Shown: piece after piece, positions 60,439-64,000 of the stretch
How the letters are laid out: every line of letters starts with the position of its first letter
Position numbering within the stretch: the first letter of the stretch is position 1
Assembly: GCA_964035545.1 (NCBI GenBank)
Contig: OZ037767.1
Coordinates: 10,736,581 to 10,800,580, forward strand
Source: Bugula neritina
Taxonomy: Eukaryota > Animalia > Bryozoa
DNA length: 64,000 nucleotides
Direction: 5' to 3'
Translations under genes and position numbers: made by a program
The notes under the pieces: model-generated
Told to the model about the DNA's origin: nothing
Seen by the model: the letters and a program-made list of their open reading frames with translations, nothing else
Database searches by the model: none

Positions 60439-62196
60439 ATGAAAAGGCTATCTGCTGCCTTCTCTATGTCAGTCTTTGCTAAAGACCTTCACTCATTCAG
60501 CTTGTGCTGCAGCTGCGAACACCATCTGGTGGTTATTGAACAAGCTAATCGAATAAAGGAATGCATGAAACAGGTATTTTTCTTCTACTAAAACTCAATC
60601 CAAACTTTTAGCCTTTAAATAATTATTTTAATAACTAATTGTTCGATATGATTTCAACAGACTACAAAGCACTCTTTTTCTAGCTATTTCCTATTCGTAG
60701 GGAACACCACTTTCATCTTTAAATCTGATACCATCTGCACTCGCGTGTGTAGGCGTGTCCATGAGTGGCACAGCTGACATATTTGTAATAACTTTTGATT
60801 TTATAGGATATTTTTGACATTATCTATAAGATAGATATTTTCTAGCCTGCTGTCTTCGACTCGGATCAGTAAGTCCGACAGATATATTTGTAGGTATTTC
60901 TAGAAACTAGAGAACACAGGCATTTTGTTAGCAATCATATGTTGAAACATGGAAAACCTCCAAACCCGGCAATTATTAGACAAAAGAGACTCTCCTCAGC
61001 GATTGAGTCAAGGTATAGTTTTTATAACCAGGTGACCTTGTTTAATCTAAAATGTTTCTCTCTTAACATGCTCTATATAGCTAATTAATTTGTTTCAGGG
61101 TTTCCATTTTTGCAAAATCAGAGAATTAAATTTGAAAAACATTTTCAACATGGAAACTTTAAACTTTTAAGGTACCTAAGTTATTAAGCTGTGTTGCAGC
61201 AGCTATGCATAGCTGCAATGAAATTCAGCAATGGTTAGTAATTTTATAATACTACAAACTTCCATCAGTATGAACACAGAATTTCTTATAAAAAATTTTT
61301 TTTCAGCAAACAATCCTCAAGCAGTCTGTAGATGATAGCTAAGATATATTGTGTATAAATATTTTAATACTGCATAAATGAAGTGTGTCGGGATTCTTTA
61401 AGAATTACCTCTCGCCCATCAATATTGTGTCTTTAAACTAATACCTGGCTAATTAGAATCATATAAAATAATTTGAAATCTTCATTTTTCACTATAGATT
61501 GAATCAAAACACATGTTTCCTGTAAATGTGGTTAGTTTTAATTACTTCTACGTGGACAAGGCAAATCAGTATGACATATCTTGTGATATCAAATGACCTG
61601 TTAATTTAGATTTGCTGCAATTAGATTTAATTCATTATGATACATTTATTGCTTGGTGTAGATCTTTTGATGAGGCTAGTCCAAGAGTAAAAAAAGGTCG
61701 CTTTAGTAGCAGCAGTAGTTTACCGATATCTCCAAACTATAAACCTCTCTCTGGCCACAAGTCAACACCAGGTGCCAAAGTGAAATCAGACGTTCAGATT
61801 TCTTTTGACGATTCTCATTGTACTTACAAAAACACCAAGGTTCGTAAGTTTGCTTGCTACGGAATTTTTGCCATGAAGCTCTTCTGTCTGTGTTGTAATA
61901 CTTTTAAATTAAACCTCTCAATTCTAAAATGATAATATTTTGCCAACAAACCAAACTTTGATTTCTCTTGTCATTATGATTTCTTAACTATGTCATATTT
62001 TATATGTAATTTCGGAAACCTGTTAACCATAAAATATGTTTTGTAGTTGGACAATACCAAGAGTTTTGACAGTGTCTTCCTTCCGGTGCCCTGTATCAGC
62101 ACAATGTTAGCACCACCAGATAAAGTAAGCAGTAAAATTGGTCCCCATTCAACCAACTCTGATGTGATCAACAATATGGACTTTGATGAGAAATAA
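60439..62196 (+). CDS. Hypothetical 193-aa protein (4 exons; N-terminal Cys/His cluster, Ser/Lys/Pro-rich C-terminus); 5' end uncertain
   Basis: Exons 60439-60573, 60894-61012, 61662-61839 and 62047-62196 join in frame through GT..AG introns (phases 0, 2, 0). AATAAA lies ~12 nt after the stop. No recognised family. Confidence 0.55.
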
Positions 62197-62962
62197 CCAG
62201 ATTAAAATAATAAAGTTACATTAAATGATTACATGTATTTTATGTAGTGCTATATAATTATTCAAGTTATATAAATGTACAAAGCTCTATTAAGTTGGAA
62301 AGTTCTATATTGTACAAAGCTCTATAAGGATTCTATGAATTTAGAATTACTCATATTGTAGTGACAGTAATTATATTGTGTTAATAGTCTGATGAGTGCG
62401 TTGTTATCTCAGCTACTAAATACTTATTAATGTATACACATAGTTATGTGCAAAAATGTCTCTAAATTTTATCAATTCTAAATCAACTTAGTTATCCTGG
62501 GAGACTGTTGCATACAATATATTGTTTGTGCCAACAGATTTATCAAGTATTTTTTATATAAAATTCTGGTAATGACTGTATATTACATGCATTTGATTTT
62601 ATTACTTCAATTATTTTTAAATGTAGAAGTTTGTCTATTTTTAAAGAAAAAAGGTTTGAACTAAAATAAAGAATTATTATGGTAACTGATGGCGTGGCTT
62701 TATTTCCTTAATGAGAAGACAACTTGCAATTATTCATTAGATAAAAACATTAATATAGTTTAGCGTGACATACAGCACACAAGGTTATTGGGAGACGCTA
62801 GCAACATATACACCATAATTACCGAATCTCAGTAACATATTTTTAAGTTATATAAAAGTCACACTAACTATTTATTGTTAATGAAATGTCAGGTCAATGA
62901 AAATTTTGTCACTCAGTACAGTATAGTTTTCAAAGCTTCTAAACACTGAAGTTAGTCACTTA

Positions 62963-63975
62963 TCAAACTGCCTTTAAAACATTTTCAAGAAACAATGGAT
63001 TGTTGTCACTAAGAAAGATCAACTCTTTCCTTGCCTCCTTCGATGTGCGGTAATGTTGGTTTTGTATCCACTTCCGCTCTATGAGATAGTCCAGAGTGTT
63101 GTTCATCTCTTGGTGGTTGTAGTTCTCTACGTGAATAGGAATAAAGGGATTGGCCATATTGAAACCCTCCTGTAAACAAATGTAAAGTATACCTAGAAAT
63201 ATCAACTTGGATTACAAATTTAAAACATACGTACATTACAAACATAAATTTTATAATCTGAAGATGACCTCAAGATTGAAATTCAAAATTAAGAGGTTTT
63301 AATCACAATTTTAATATATTATGCTTCTGATAAATGCATTGCAACTCCCTGTGCACAGTCACAGTTATAGTTGAACTAGCCCAGAAACGCCAGATTCTTT
63401 TGCTGAAGGATATGCTTATAAGCATAATGCGAAATGAGCTACACTAACTCAATGATAGTCTAATTTTCTTCTTACAGTGCAAAAGGCTTTGGTTTGCCCA
63501 ACAAATGTGTTGCAGGATGGCATCAGTGCCAAGTTACTTTTAAGAAGTTATCCACTCTTGTGTCTATAAGATGTCTTTAAATAACTAAAACATTCATTAA
63601 CTTCTACTTATGAACCTTATCAATTCCTTTTAAACAACGCAAATGTGAAAAGCAGAAAACAAAAGAAATCTTTATGGCACTCCAATACATCCCAAATTTA
63701 AAATGTCTTCTCTTGTTATACAAGTGCTACTTTCCATTGTCTAAGATAGACTTGGCTTTAAAACACAGAATCTCAATCTGTTTATATCAAAAGGCTGCAT
63801 AACTTTACCTCGCCAAGCAAATATCTGGGTTGGCACGAAGCTCGTTTGTCTAGTGGATTTGCTCGCTCATCTGCCACCAACAGCATACCTCCATTGTGCC
63901 AAGGTTGGGATATCAACTTCAGCAGGTTGTGAACCAAGGAGATTTGGGAAGCAGGCAAGCTAATACGTTTTACAC
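62963..63975 (-). CDS. DAP3: Mitochondrial small ribosomal subunit protein mS29 (DAP3), last two coding exons
   Basis: Exons 63975-63809 (..ISLVHNLLKLISQPWHNGGMLL..PRYLLGE) and 63169-62963 (EGFNMANPFIPIHVENY...WIQ...KELIFLSDNNP..stop). These match the DAP3 C-terminus as I recall it (LVHNLRKM..DWHGGAI..LLGKEGF..DPFIPI.V.NY..KELLFLS..NP). Confidence 0.93.
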
Positions 63976-64000
63976 CTGAATACAAAACCAACAGTTACAG

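Overview
AT-rich, intron-rich animal (invertebrate) genomic DNA, not prokaryotic; no CRISPR, rRNA or intact tRNA is supportable. I assembled spliced gene models by hand using GT..AG boundaries and phase matching. From left to right: JKAMP (minus strand, runs off the left edge); a 7-coding-exon flavin-containing monooxygenase (plus strand, 552 aa); a 22-coding-exon, ~34-kb minus-strand gene (946 aa) fusing ankyrin repeats to a GH20 hexosaminidase-like fold that lacks the catalytic HxGxDE motif; a 5'-truncated but uninterrupted CR1/L2-type LINE in that gene's putative first intron; a decayed Polinton-like fragment; a small unrecognised plus-strand gene; and the last two exons of DAP3/MRPS29. Introns hold tRNA-headed SINEs, MITEs and many minisatellites. 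The two most interesting signals are the ankyrin + pseudo-hexosaminidase protein and three unrelated minisatellites that each start at, and repeatedly copy, a 5' splice site of that gene. All homology calls come from recalled motifs; no database search was run.
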